A DNA stretch of 63,045 bases, filler included, from Reclinomonas americana ATCC 50394 (taxonomy: Eukaryota), in assembly GCA_048213135.1 (NCBI GenBank). It is 17 parts of 17 records of this genome, joined end to end, with 100 filler letters (N's around TTAATTAATTAA, not from the genome) between each part and the next. Parts side by side here need not be neighbours in the genome. Positions count along the whole stretch, not along the records: positions 44,529 to 47,821 come from AFZH01022520.1; positions 47,922 to 49,614 come from AFZH01022521.1; positions 49,715 to 54,254 come from AFZH01022522.1; positions 54,355 to 57,737 come from AFZH01022523.1; positions 57,838 to 60,645 come from AFZH01022524.1; positions 60,746 to 63,045 come from AFZH01022526.1; 11 more parts are not named here. One strand, given 5' to 3'. This document shows, piece after piece, positions 47,584 through 61,321 of the stretch. The notes below the pieces were generated by a model, which saw only the letters and a program-made list of their open reading frames with translations, ran no database searches and was not told the DNA's origin. Each line of letters begins with the position of its first letter. Position 1 is the stretch's first letter. The position numbers and the translations under genes are program-made.

Positions 47584-47743
47584 CTACAAACCACGGAATT
47601 GAGCGACAAAAGGGCAACTTCATCCACACACATATACAAACACACATAGACACACACACACAAACGCACACGTGCAAACACACAAGCACACAAGCACGCA
47701 AACACGCAAACACACACACACACACACACAAACACACAAACAG

Positions 47744-47813
<70 letters not shown>

Positions 47814-47921
47814 CACACTACNNNNNNNNNNNNNNNNNNNNNNNNNNNNNNNNNNNNNNNNNNNNTTAATTAATTAANNNNNNNNNNNNNNNNNNNNNNN
47901 NNNNNNNNNNNNNNNNNNNNN

Positions 47922-49464
47922 CGGAACGCCTGGTTCTCCTCAAAATTGTCGCGCTGCAGGCGCGCCAGTAGCGCATGCAGCTCTCCTGACGGCGGCACCG
48001 GGGCCGGGCCACTGCAGAGCGCCATGAGTTGCAAGAGAAGATAACAACATACAAGGTGTGGTCACACGAAACATCTCGTTCGGGTCGGTGGAGGTGATCA
48101 CGGGCTGAATGCGACCACGATCGTCGCTGATGAATAGCGGCTTCATGGCCAAGTCAAAATCGTACGACACCAGGTGCGGCTCGCGGCGGCCGCACAACTC
48201 AAACGCCACGGCCTGCCACTGTGGCGAGTCAAAGTGCACCGCGCGCAGGTCGGCCGGCAGGTGCGGCGAATCGGCGTAGAACCACGACTCGTGCTCCGCG
48301 CTCACGATGGCCTTGTCGTGCGTTTGGCCGGCTGTCGGACAAGGGAAATGAGAAGATGATCAGTGGCCAACACAAGAGCGAGAAAGAAATGGTGCGACTC
48401 AACGATGCTCGGGCGCTGCGCCGAGTGCCGTCAACACCAGGTCGAAAAACGCGCCAAACTCGCCATTGGTGATGAATGGCGAGCCCTTGCTCTTGGCGCT
48501 GATGCGCCAGCGGCCTGCGCCGTCCGGGTACTTGAACATGAGCAGGTTCATGCCGTTCCACTTGGTGGTGATGAACATTTGCGAGGCGGCGTGGGGGATA
48601 TTCATGAACTGGCGCGAGTCGAAGTTGGCGTAGGGGTACTTGAGCTGAGTAGGGGGAAGGGACAGGAGGGGTTAGGGAGGGGACAAGAATGGCGATGCTC
48701 AATGACAGAGAGGCAAGTAGACAAGCATGAAAGGCGCTTCTCGATTACAAACACGACATACGAGAGCAGAGACACGAGCGACGCGACGAAAAGGACAGCA
48801 ACAAGCTCAATCAAACAGAGAGGAATGACTCCGCTCTCGGCATGATGAGAAAAACGAGCGTGATGGACAGCTCTCTCACACTCTCTTTCTTGCCATTCAC
48901 CTTATGGGTGTCAAACACAGCATACGCGAGGAGAGACAATGGCAAGACAGGCGATGACAGGAGCAAGCTCAATGAAACAGAGAGGAAAGCAGCAAGAGTT
49001 CAACAAGCAAGATGGACGGCACTCTCTCTCGCCGTTCACCTTGTGAGCGCCAAACATGACACACGCAAGTAGATAAGATGGCTAAAACAAAGGACTCTTC
49101 TCTCTCCCTCCCTTCCCCCCCTTCCCCCCGTCCCCTCCCTCATCTCGTACACACCTTGGGCGTTCCAAACAAGACATACGGCGCCGGCAACACGCGATCG
49201 CCCACCTCGTAGATCACCATTGAGCCGCCAAACGCACCCTCCTACACTCCACGTACGCGTCCCCCAATGAGACACTCATACTCGACGAGTAGAAGACAAT
49301 CAAAGAAGCAGAAAACAACAGACCCGCTTGCACATGTACCCGACGACCTGCTCGCCGGGGTGAAACGGATCGACCTTGGAGAACTTCAGCAGCTGCTTGT
49401 CGTTGCAATCAAACAGCTTGCGAACACTGTCACCGAAAAAGAAAATGAATCAATCAATGCACAC

Positions 49465-49498
<34 letters not shown>

Positions 49499-50520
49499 AG
49501 AAGAAGAAGAAGAAGAGAAGAGAAGAAGACGTACGTACGTACGTACGTACGTACGTACGTACGTCCGTACGTACGACGACGACGAACGAACGAACGAACG
49601 GAAAGAAAGAAGAANNNNNNNNNNNNNNNNNNNNNNNNNNNNNNNNNNNNNNNNNNNNTTAATTAATTAANNNNNNNNNNNNNNNNNNNNNNNNNNNNNN
49701 NNNNNNNNNNNNNNACGTAACTAACTAAACAACGTACGTTACGTACGAACCGAACTACGTACGACGAAAACGAAAAACGAAAAGTAAGTAACGTAACAAT
49801 ACAATAGACACACAACACGAGAGAGAGAGAGAGAGAGAGAGAGAAGAAGAAGAAGAAGAAGAAGAAGAAGAAGAAGAAGAAGAAGAAGAGGGGAGAGGAA
49901 GAAGAAGAAGAAGAATGCGAGAAGAATGCGAGTAGAATGCAGGAGAATGGGAGGAGAATGAGAGTTGAGCGGCATGCATTGTGATACGAATTCATGATGC
50001 CCTCTCCCTTTCTCTCTCTCTCTCACACACACTCACACACTGTCTCTCTCCTCTTCACTCCCACTGTGTGTGTGAGAGTGTGAGTGTGTGTGAGTCCCTC
50101 CCTCTCTCTCTCACACACATACTCACACACACTCACACACACAGATTTCCCTCATCACTCTCACTCTGTGTATGCGTGTGTGAGTGTATGTGTGAGTCCC
50201 TCCCTCTCTACTCCTCCCTCTCCTTCGCCCACTCCCTCTCCCTGTGTCTCCCAACTCCCTCACCTCTGCCTGGCCTCTGCGGAGTTGAACGGGTGCACAG
50301 GCACCAGCAACGAAGGCAACCCCGAGGAGGCCTCTCCTCCCGTTGCAGGCGAGTCGGGTCCAATCAGAGGCAACGCATCGGCGGCCGCAGACATCTTCGT
50401 AACACGCGATCGATGAGGAGGTCTCCGTCGATGTTGTGTAAATGCGCGTTGTGTGAGGTGCGAAGTGGGTAAGAGGAGAGAACGCGCGCTCCGCACAAAG
50501 GTGGTGAGAAGTGAGAGCAT
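47922..50520 (-). CDS. RNA ligase-like nucleotidyltransferase domain with a mitochondrial-type presequence; 6 exons seen, runs into gap
   Basis: Phase-consistent splicing: MLSLLTTFVRSARSLL...AEARQS|VRKLFD...DPFHPGEQVVGYMCKR|EGAFGGSMVIY...FGTPK|LKYPY...ITTKWNGMNLLMFKY...SAKSKGSPF...VAFELCGRREPHLVSYD. KxNG resembles motif I and FELxG resembles motif III. Confidence 0.65.
49529..49575. repeat. Palindromic tetranucleotide microsatellite (ACGT)n in an intron
   Basis: acgtacgtacgt... about 9 perfect units, then degenerate. Confidence 0.85.
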
Positions 50521-50759
50521 GCCCGCCGATCGACAGGTTTCACGATGCAACAAAGCTGTCGGTTTCCGGCGAGAGGGTGTTTTTTTACATAAGACCGCGA
50601 GTCGCATGTGCTCCAGAAATGGGCTTCTGTGGAGATGGGGGGGTTGATGGACCGCTGGTTAGTAGAGCGAGTAAGTGCAATCAGGATCAGGATCCAGAAA
50701 TGGCCATATGCATGCATGCAAATGGTGCTGAGGCTAGTTTCTTAACGTGCACGCGACGA

Positions 50760-51061
50760 TCAACAACAATTCATTCACCAACAAACAAGCAAACAGCTGT
50801 CTTGATGACCGTATCCAAAATATCAACACAGACACCAATCTTTAGAGCAGCAGCAAGTTTTCCTGTGTGCTCTCGGAGCTCCGAACAAGTCGAGAACTGC
50901 GATCTTCACCGCATAAGCGTGGTTGAACAGTGGATTTGACGCACTTGCACAGACGCATATTCAGCGATCGTACACGGCACATCGAATTCCGGAAAGTTCA
51001 CGGTTGAACTTGGTCATCAAGACAGCAGTTGCTTGTTTGTTGGTGAATGAATTGTTGTTGA
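50760..51061. mobile_element. MITE-like element (about 300 bp) with about 50-bp terminal inverted repeats
   Basis: Left arm tcaacaacaattcattcaccaacaaacaagcaaacagctgtcttgatgacc and right arm ggtcatcaagacagcagttgcttgtttgttggtgaatgaattgttgttga are near-perfect reverse complements. A second copy lies at about 33.5 kb. No clear TSD. Confidence 0.75.
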
Positions 51062-51246
51062 ATTTGATGTTGTTGTTGTCGGTCCATTGCGTGCTGGGAC
51101 TCGAGGTCGTTTCTTTCGTGACACGAACAAACATGCTTTGCTTACAATCAGAAGACCAAAGGCAGATCAAGAGCACAGGCAAAAGGGAAAACACACCGGA
51201 GAGGCATGAACGATCAACAATGAGATACATAGAACGAGTGAGATTG

Positions 51247-52308
51247 TCAAAAGGAAGCCTCCAAGAAGAGGAGCCGATAGTGAATGCTCTCTGCATCCTC
51301 CACCAAGAAGCAGCGCAGGACAATCTCCACAAGGCAGCGGTCGATCGCACCCTGCATATCCTGCACGGCAAGCATGGCCGAGCGAGCACAGTCGAGCTCC
51401 TGGCGAGCGTCGCCGCACGGCGTGGACCACACCCGCACCGTCCTATCATAGCTGCCACTCGCAATAAACTCACCATGGGGAGCGACGGCGACAGACCGCA
51501 GCCACGCAGAGTGACCTTCCAATAGTCGCACCTGCTGGCCGCTAGACAGCGACCACACGCGCACCGTCATGTCCGAACCGCCACTGATCACATGCCGTCC
51601 ACTGGGAGAGACGGCAATACCATTCACCGTTCTCGTATGTCCCTCCAGTCGCCTCACCTCCTTTCCACTCGCCAGCGACCAAACTCGCACGGTATTGTCG
51701 TAGCTGCCACTCACGACGAGCTCGCCATCGGGTGTGACAGCGACGGAAGACACCGTATCTGCATGTCCCTCCAGCCGTCGCACTTCTTCGCCACTCGCCA
51801 GCGACCACACGCGCACCGTGTTATCACGACTTCCGCTCACAGCATGTTGGCCGTCGGGAGTGACAGCGACGCTCTCAACACCGCGAGTGTGACCCTGCAG
51901 CCGTCGCACCTGCTCACCACTCGCCAGCAACCACACGCGCACCGTGCTGTCGCCAGCTCCGCTCACAACGTGCTCTCCGTCGGGAGTAAGGACGACTGAG
52001 TGCACAGAGTACTCATGTCCAAGGAGACGTCGCACCTCCAGTCCGCTCGCCAGTGACCACACTCGAATCGTTCTGTCATAACTCCCGCTCACCACGTGCT
52101 GACCATCGCGAGTGACAGCGACAGACCACACGCCTCCTGTGTGGCCCTCCAGGCGCTGCACTTCCTGTCCACTTGCCACACACCACACACAGATGGTGTG
52201 ATCCTCGCTGCCGCTCAGAATGTGCTGACCGCTGGGAGAGACAGTGACAGTCAGCACGAATGAGGTATGCCCGTGCAGGCACTTGTTGAAAAGAGGGGTG
52301 GAGGCCAT
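51247..52308 (-). CDS. Intronless WD40 protein with 7 highly similar 42-aa repeats and a short helical C-terminus
   Basis: Repeats of LxGHxxxVxSVAVTPDGxHVVSGSxDxTVRVWSLASGxEVRR; ATG at 52308. Confidence 0.92.
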   Translation of the reverse strand: MASTPLFNKCLHGHTSFVLTVTVSPSGQHILSGSEDHTICVWCVASGQEVQRLEGHTGGVWSVAVTRDGQHVVSGSYDRTIRVWSLASGLEVRRLLGHEYSVHSVVLTPDGEHVVSGAGDSTVRVWLLASGEQVRRLQGHTRGVESVAVTPDGQHAVSGSRDNTVRVWSLASGEEVRRLEGHADTVSSVAVTPDGELVVSGSYDNTVRVWSLASGKEVRRLEGHTRTVNGIAVSPSGRHVISGGSDMTVRVWSLSSGQQVRLLEGHSAWLRSVAVAPHGEFIASGSYDRTVRVWSTPCGDARQELDCARSAMLAVQDMQGAIDRCLVEIVLRCFLVEDAESIHYRLLFLEASF

Positions 52309-52740
52309 GCGCGTGAGAAAGTAGACGGATGAATTATGACGCAGGTCGCGGGACCGCGAAGTCAACATGCAACATGCAGCCTCGCCTTTCGCAGGCCAGC
52401 CCGCGAAGTGAACATCGAAAGAACTGCTGCTGAATGCAAACGAAATAGCAGGATGCATGCGGACTTGTTTTGCTTTCGATTTCCCTTGGCTCTGCTGGCC
52501 TTCTCGAGCCGCTGTTCAGCTTGCGAATTCGGACCACCTGATCTTTTCGGTGCGCGCGAGCGAGAGGGACCACATGCGCAGTAAATCCATGCCGCTGTCG
52601 CTAAGTCACGTGCTGACTGGTCTTGGCTCATGGTTCCTTCCCGTTTCTGGCAATAACAGTGCCACATTTCATTCCTCTTCTCCTCTCCCCTCCGTAAACC
52701 TCCCCCCTTCTCCCCTTCTCCCCTTCCACCCTCTACCCCA

Positions 52741-55563
<2,823 letters not shown>

Positions 55564-55789
55564 TCGCACTCGTCGTTGTTGCTCTCTCGTGGTGTGTGCG
55601 TTGACGACGGAGTGTGTGTGTGTGACTGTGTGTGAGTCACGCGATTTTCGCAGCACGTGTTTTTTTGGTCACGATCGCACGTGACAGTCGCGCTTGTCAA
55701 TGCAATCGCGACGGTGAGTTGACAGGTCGCTGTCTTGCACATAAAGAGAAGTACTTGAGTGGACGCGTTTTTATGTGCGCTTTGAAGTC

Positions 55790-56250
55790 GATGAGCATCT
55801 ATCGCCAAAAGGGTCGACATCGACTCGACGGCTCACACTCTCACACACGCTCACTCTCTCTCTCTCTCACACACACACACACTCACACACGCTTCTCTCT
55901 AACACACACTTATCAACTGTCTCATTTTGCATGCATTCGATGATAAATTGCCGCCAGGGTCGACATCGACTCTGCACACTCTCTCGCTCACACACACTCT
56001 CTCACACTCACTCACTCACTCACTCACTAATCAATCGATTGTCACATTTGCATGCAGCGATGACAAATCACCAGCAGCAGGGTCGATATCGACTCGCCGG
56101 TGTGTCTTCTCTTTTCCACGCGCTGTCTCTCTCACTCTCACAATCTCATCGGTCGATGTCACAAGCAGCAATGTCGATGACGACGACGATGACGACGAGG
56201 AATTTCTGTTGTCGCCAACTGCAATGAGCGCAGGGTCGATGTCGACTCGA
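55790..56250. repeat. Degenerate tandem repeat (about 125-150 bp x4) with core GGGTCGAYRTCGACTC
   Basis: Cores start at 55811, 55957, 56080 and 56233, separated by CA/CT tracts. Confidence 0.7.
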
Positions 56251-56316
56251 CGGTGCGTTCCTCATTGCCTCTCACTCACTCTCCGTCACACAGGCGGCTA
56301 TTCGTTCTCATAATGT

Positions 56317-57180
56317 GTGTCAATTTCCATCGAAAGCAGCACTGTCAGTGTCAGCGAGGAAGACGACGATGAATTCCTCTTGTCGCCGGTATCTCCTCCG
56401 CCTTCTCTCCCGCCTCCGTCTTCCGCAAGGCCGCCGTTGTTGGATCTGCGCAGTGTTGATGATGGCCATGAGGGCGATCACTGGCTGTCGCGCTGGCAAT
56501 GGGAACTGGTGACGCTGTTGTTGTTGGTGTTGGGGTACTTTGGCAGGTACTTTTGCACGATTCAGTTGCATCAGGTCATTCGCTTGTGGGAGGAGTCGGG
56601 TGCGTTGTGTGTGGCTGTGTGTCTGTGGAGTAAGAGAGTGAGGATTCGCTCATTGTGTTGCGGCAAAAGAGGGCATGTCGGATGCGGACTTTGGAGTGAT
56701 CCTGGCGGCGGGGTACATTACGGATTGCACGTGTCGTTTCTTATATGGTGCGCTTGGGCGGGGTTCTGCTTGTGTGTTTGTGTGTGTGGGAATGTGGCAT
56801 GTGGGGTGGCAGTTGGGTGAGATGGGTGGGAAGATGCGCTTTTCTGTCAGCTCAAATCCGTTATTCCACTCTGATCAGCTGCTCTCTCTCGCTCTCTCTT
56901 TCTCTCTGATGGAGCTCTGGGCGTTCTCCTTCCTTTGCTGGCATTCAGTACGCTGCTTCGTCAAGAGGATTCCTTCCTTGCTCACTCTGCGCTCGTTGAC
57001 CGTGGCCTCCTTGTAATGTGGGCTGCTGTCTCCTCGCTCGCTCCTGCATCTTTTAACAATTCCTTCCTTGCTCACGTTTGTGCTCGTGAGCGTGGCATCT
57101 TCTTCCCTCGCTCGCACTCAGAGCACTGCTGATTGCAGGATACGCTCCTTCCTTTGCTACTCCTGCACGTGCTGAGGATT

Positions 57181-57211
<31 letters not shown>

Positions 57212-60200
57212 TGCCTTTTTTCGCACTCACAGTGAAGGCGTCCTCATTCCTTTGCTGGGATCCTGCCTCCTCACTCAGGACTCCTCTCTTGCCCCCCTCC
57301 TATCTTCCACGTCACATCTGCTGCGCTGAGCCTGTTTCGCATCCCATCCCAGCCTAACTCCCATTCCTTCCTCCCCTTTTCCATTCTCCCAGGCGTGTCC
57401 ACGGACCTACTTGGCGGACGATTCACGTTCCTGTTCGCCAACACCGGCGCTGCGTTGGTGCGTTCCCCGCCTCTCGTCCTTTGTTTCCGCGTTGTGATTA
57501 CTCACTCTCCCTTCCCCGCCCAGGCCACGTTTCTGTTTGCGGCAGGCTACAATCACCGACTCACGTGGTACCTGTTTGGCTGGTGCCTCATTTGCTTCCT
57601 CAAGACGGGATCGTGGGTTGGTGCGTGTGCATATCGCGTATAGTCATAAGGAGACCATGTGCTCACCTGTGAGTCGGCAGGTCTCATCCGAATCGTGGCG
57701 TTCTGGGTGCCGCCAGAGAGACACGTGCGTATCTTTCNNNNNNNNNNNNNNNNNNNNNNNNNNNNNNNNNNNNNNNNNNNNTTAATTAATTAANNNNNNN
57801 NNNNNNNNNNNNNNNNNNNNNNNNNNNNNNNNNNNNNTTCAGTCTTCCCCCTTCAGTCTTCCCCCTTCATCTTCCCCCTTCATCTTCCCCCTTCGTCTTC
57901 CCCCTTCATCTTCCCCCTTCATCTTACCCCTTCATCTTCCCCCTACCTTCTTCCCTTTCCGTCTTCCCCCCTTCGGTCTTCCCCCTTTAGTCTTCCCCCT
58001 TCAGTCTTCCCACTTCCCTCTTCTCCCTTCCCTCTTCCCTCTTCCCCTTTCCCTCTTCCCTTTCCCGTTGACCCCTCCCTTCGCCTCTCCCCCCAGGGTC
58101 GCACCATGAGCGTCATGTCCATTTCGTACCTCGGCGGCAGCGTTCTCGTGCGCAGCACCATCGGGGCCATGATCTCGGCGGGCTCGACGTGGCGGCAAGT
58201 GTTTGTCGCATGTGGCATCATGGCCTTGCTGCTCAACGTGCCTGCGTACTTGTTCCTGCGCGACTCGCCCGAATCAGTTGCGTGGGTGGCGATGAAGGGG
58301 TGCTTTCATTTTGCTGAAGCTTCCGCTTGCAGATCGGATTCCCTCCGGTTGTTTACAATCGTGCGCGTCTCGTCAATCTGCATTTTAGTCTTCGGCTGCT
58401 CACACTCATTTTGGCGTCTGTGCGCCAGGTGACGACTTGCCCCAATCCAATCTCACCCCCGCTCAAGAGCAGCGAGCCTACCGGGCGCTGCTGTTGCGCA
58501 TCGCCAAGACTCGCGTGTTTTGGGTGGTGGCCATTCTGGCGATGCTCATTTTTAGCATTCGAGAGGTTGGTGGCGCGGAGGATGCCTTGATACTGCATCT
58601 TGTTGATTGATCGCGTTCCCCCTCTGCAGTTCTTCCTCTCGTACGCCTCCAAGTTCATCGCTTTCGTGTATTGCGCCTCACGACTGGAAGACGGCGTGCT
58701 CGGTATGTGTGCTTTCCGCCTTCCTCACTCTTGCACACTGTGTGTGCTCACACGTGGCGCAGCGCTGCCGGAGGTGATGGGCCAGTGCCTGAACTCGCCC
58801 GCCGCCAACTCCTTTGCCGCCTACACCTCCAGCTTCATGCCGCTGGCGGGTATCATATCGTCGCTGGGTGCTGGCTGGATCCGAGATCGCACACCGAAGC
58901 AGGGTCGCGCCCTGCTCATGCTGGCATACATGTGCATCCTCTTCCTCGCGCTCAATATTATGCTGTGGAGCAGCTCACCAGGTGAGAGTGATTCCTGCGA
59001 GGGTTGGTGGGTGGAGAAGAGAAATCTTACCTTTTGTCGCAGGACCACCTCCATCGCTGACCCTCAGCGCCTCGGCGGTAATCATGATGGGCTTTGGCAT
59101 CATTGGACCGTATTCGCTCATCGGCGGTGTCTTGGTCCTCGAGATTGGTGGTTCGTCCTCACCTTGCAGCGAGTTGTGCATTTGGTTCTCTGTGCTCATG
59201 TCACCTTGCTCTTTCACAGGCAAGCAGGTGCAACTCGATGAAACCCTGTGTCTGCACGATCACCTGTCTCACTCTGTTCCCCTGCAGGCATCGTCGGCCG
59301 TCAGCACAGCCATTGAATGTTGCGTGCTTTCACAAGCGTGAGCATTCTTGTCGTTGTTTCTGCACTCCTTGTTGTCGTCTTGTGCTTCCTTGATGTCGCT
59401 CCATTCCCGACCTTTTCATTTCACGCACATCATTGTCGTTGCACTATTGTCGCCTCACTAGCTGGCATCATCGTCCATTTCCTCTTTCTTTCGCTCCTCT
59501 CCTTTTTCCTTGTCGCTCCGCTCGTTCCATCCGTCGCTCTGCTTACAATCGCACCACATTCCGCATCCCTCTCCTCTCTCTTCCCCTGCTTTTCCGTCTG
59601 TCTTCCCCACTCTTCCCCCATTCTCTTCCCCCACTCTTCCCCCCACTCTTTCCCCCACTCTTTCCCCACTCTTTCCCCTCACTCCCCCCCACCCCCCTCC
59701 CAGCATTCGGCATGCTCGGCACCTGCGTGATCATCCTGATCAGCTCAACACTAATCTCAAGCTGGATCGGCACCTTCCGCCTGCTCATCGTCACCCTCTC
59801 GCTGGCCATGTGCCTCACGCTCTACCTGTGGTACCTCGATCGCAGGCCACCAGAGGCCGATGCGTCTGCTGTTTCCGAAGGTGCTCCTCTTTCTCCTGCT
59901 CCTTCTCAACTCAGTTGTCTGCAGATACTGAACTCCCTGCAGACCCCAAGACACCTCTGGTGGGCGACGACCGGCCACGCGAAGGCAGTTTCCACGATCT
60001 CGCCTCCGTGACGTCGCCAACGACAGCCGTGGAGGCCGCCAACAACCACAACAACAGCAACGTCCGTCAACAGCATCACAGCAGTGCGGCTCAGGATACC
60101 TCGTGGCGAGGGCGTGGCGACAGCGACGGTGACCGCGAGAGCGCCGCCGTCGAAATGCGCCTCATGAGAGCGATTCGCACGGCGGCGCCTGTTGGTGGCG

Positions 60201-60238
60201 AGGAGGAGGTGAAGGGCTCATCGTCGGGCACTCGTTGA
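56317..60238 (+). CDS. Major facilitator superfamily transporter (GlpT/UhpC/SLC37 sugar-phosphate type), many exons, start uncertain
   Basis: LGYFGRYF, TDLLGGRFTF, IVAFWVPPERH|GRTMSVMSISYLGG, LFLRDSPES|IGF, GIISSLGAGWIRDR, GFGIIGPYSLIGGVLVLEIGG|KQ|ASS. Confidence 0.88.
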
Positions 60239-60320
60239 CGATGGCGATGATGTATGTACGATAAGCTTGTTTAACACAATGGAAGGCGATGAATAAAGAT
60301 TGTTTCCTTGTTGTACATTG

Positions 60321-60755
60321 TCAACCGGGTGTACCGGCCGTGGTCACCGACTGCAACATGGCCTGCACGCGTTCGTACTCGCCCCGTGCCGACTGGTACT
60401 TTAGCTCGACCTGCACGAGACGCGTCTTGCGGTCCTCCCACATGCGCCCAATCTCCCGCCCTCGCTGCTCCACCCGTCGCCTCTCGTTGCGCAGCCGCAC
60501 AATCTCCCGCTCCACAAAGTCCCTCGGTTCCCGCGGCTTCGGTGGGATGAACATGGCCGCACCGGGCGACACCGGCGGCATGTTTGGCGTGGTGGGCATC
60601 GGCTGCGACCCTTGTTGCTGTTGCTGCTGCTGATCCATCATCATTNNNNNNNNNNNNNNNNNNNNNNNNNNNNNNNNNNNNNNNNNNNNTTAATTAATTA
60701 ANNNNNNNNNNNNNNNNNNNNNNNNNNNNNNNNNNNNNNNNNNNNCACTGCAACA

Positions 60756-60792
<37 letters not shown>

Positions 60793-61252
60793 TGTGTGTG
60801 TGTGTGTGCGTGTGTGTGTATGTGTGAGAGAGAGAGACAGTGTGTGTGTGTTTGTCAGAAAGGGCGTTCGCCTTGTCTCACTCACATGCACAACTGCATG
60901 CATGCATTCTCATTGCAATGCATACTCTCTCTCTCTCTTCTCTGCGTGTGCGTTTGTGTGCGTTTGTGTGCACCATCACCGAAATGCGCGCCCTTTCTCT
61001 CGCACTCTTTCCCTTTATCTCTTTACCTTGTGGTGGCGGCGGTGGTGGCGGCTGCCCATAGTCACCACGTCGCGCAGAGGACGACGACGACGACGACGAG
61101 GAAGACGACGAACCCACGCCCGACGTCGACGTCGACGAAGCTCCTGCGCCGCCTCCTTGTTGTTGCGGAGGCGGTGGTGGTGGTGGTGGTGGCGACCAGC
61201 GCGACGACCGCGGCGGCGGCGGCTGCCCTCGCCCTCGGTATCGATCGCTCAT
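60321..61252 (-). CDS. Hypothetical protein: Pro/Ser-rich first exon (ATG 61252) and coiled-coil last exon, probably one gene across the gap
   Basis: MSDRYRGRGQPPPP... ending at a GTAAAG donor; terminal exon FVEREIVRLRNERRRVEQ...TPG*. Confidence 0.55.
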
Positions 61253-61321
61253 CACAATAAACACAAATCAGACAGTCCGTCCTGCGCAGGACACGGGTCG
61301 ACATCGATTTCTGACACACAC

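Noticed and set aside
14393..50520. Apparent RNA-metabolism cluster (YbaK, DDX1, SBDS, RRN3, ligase-kinase)
   Set aside because: The genes are interspersed with unrelated ones over about 36 kb; no evidence of functional clustering.
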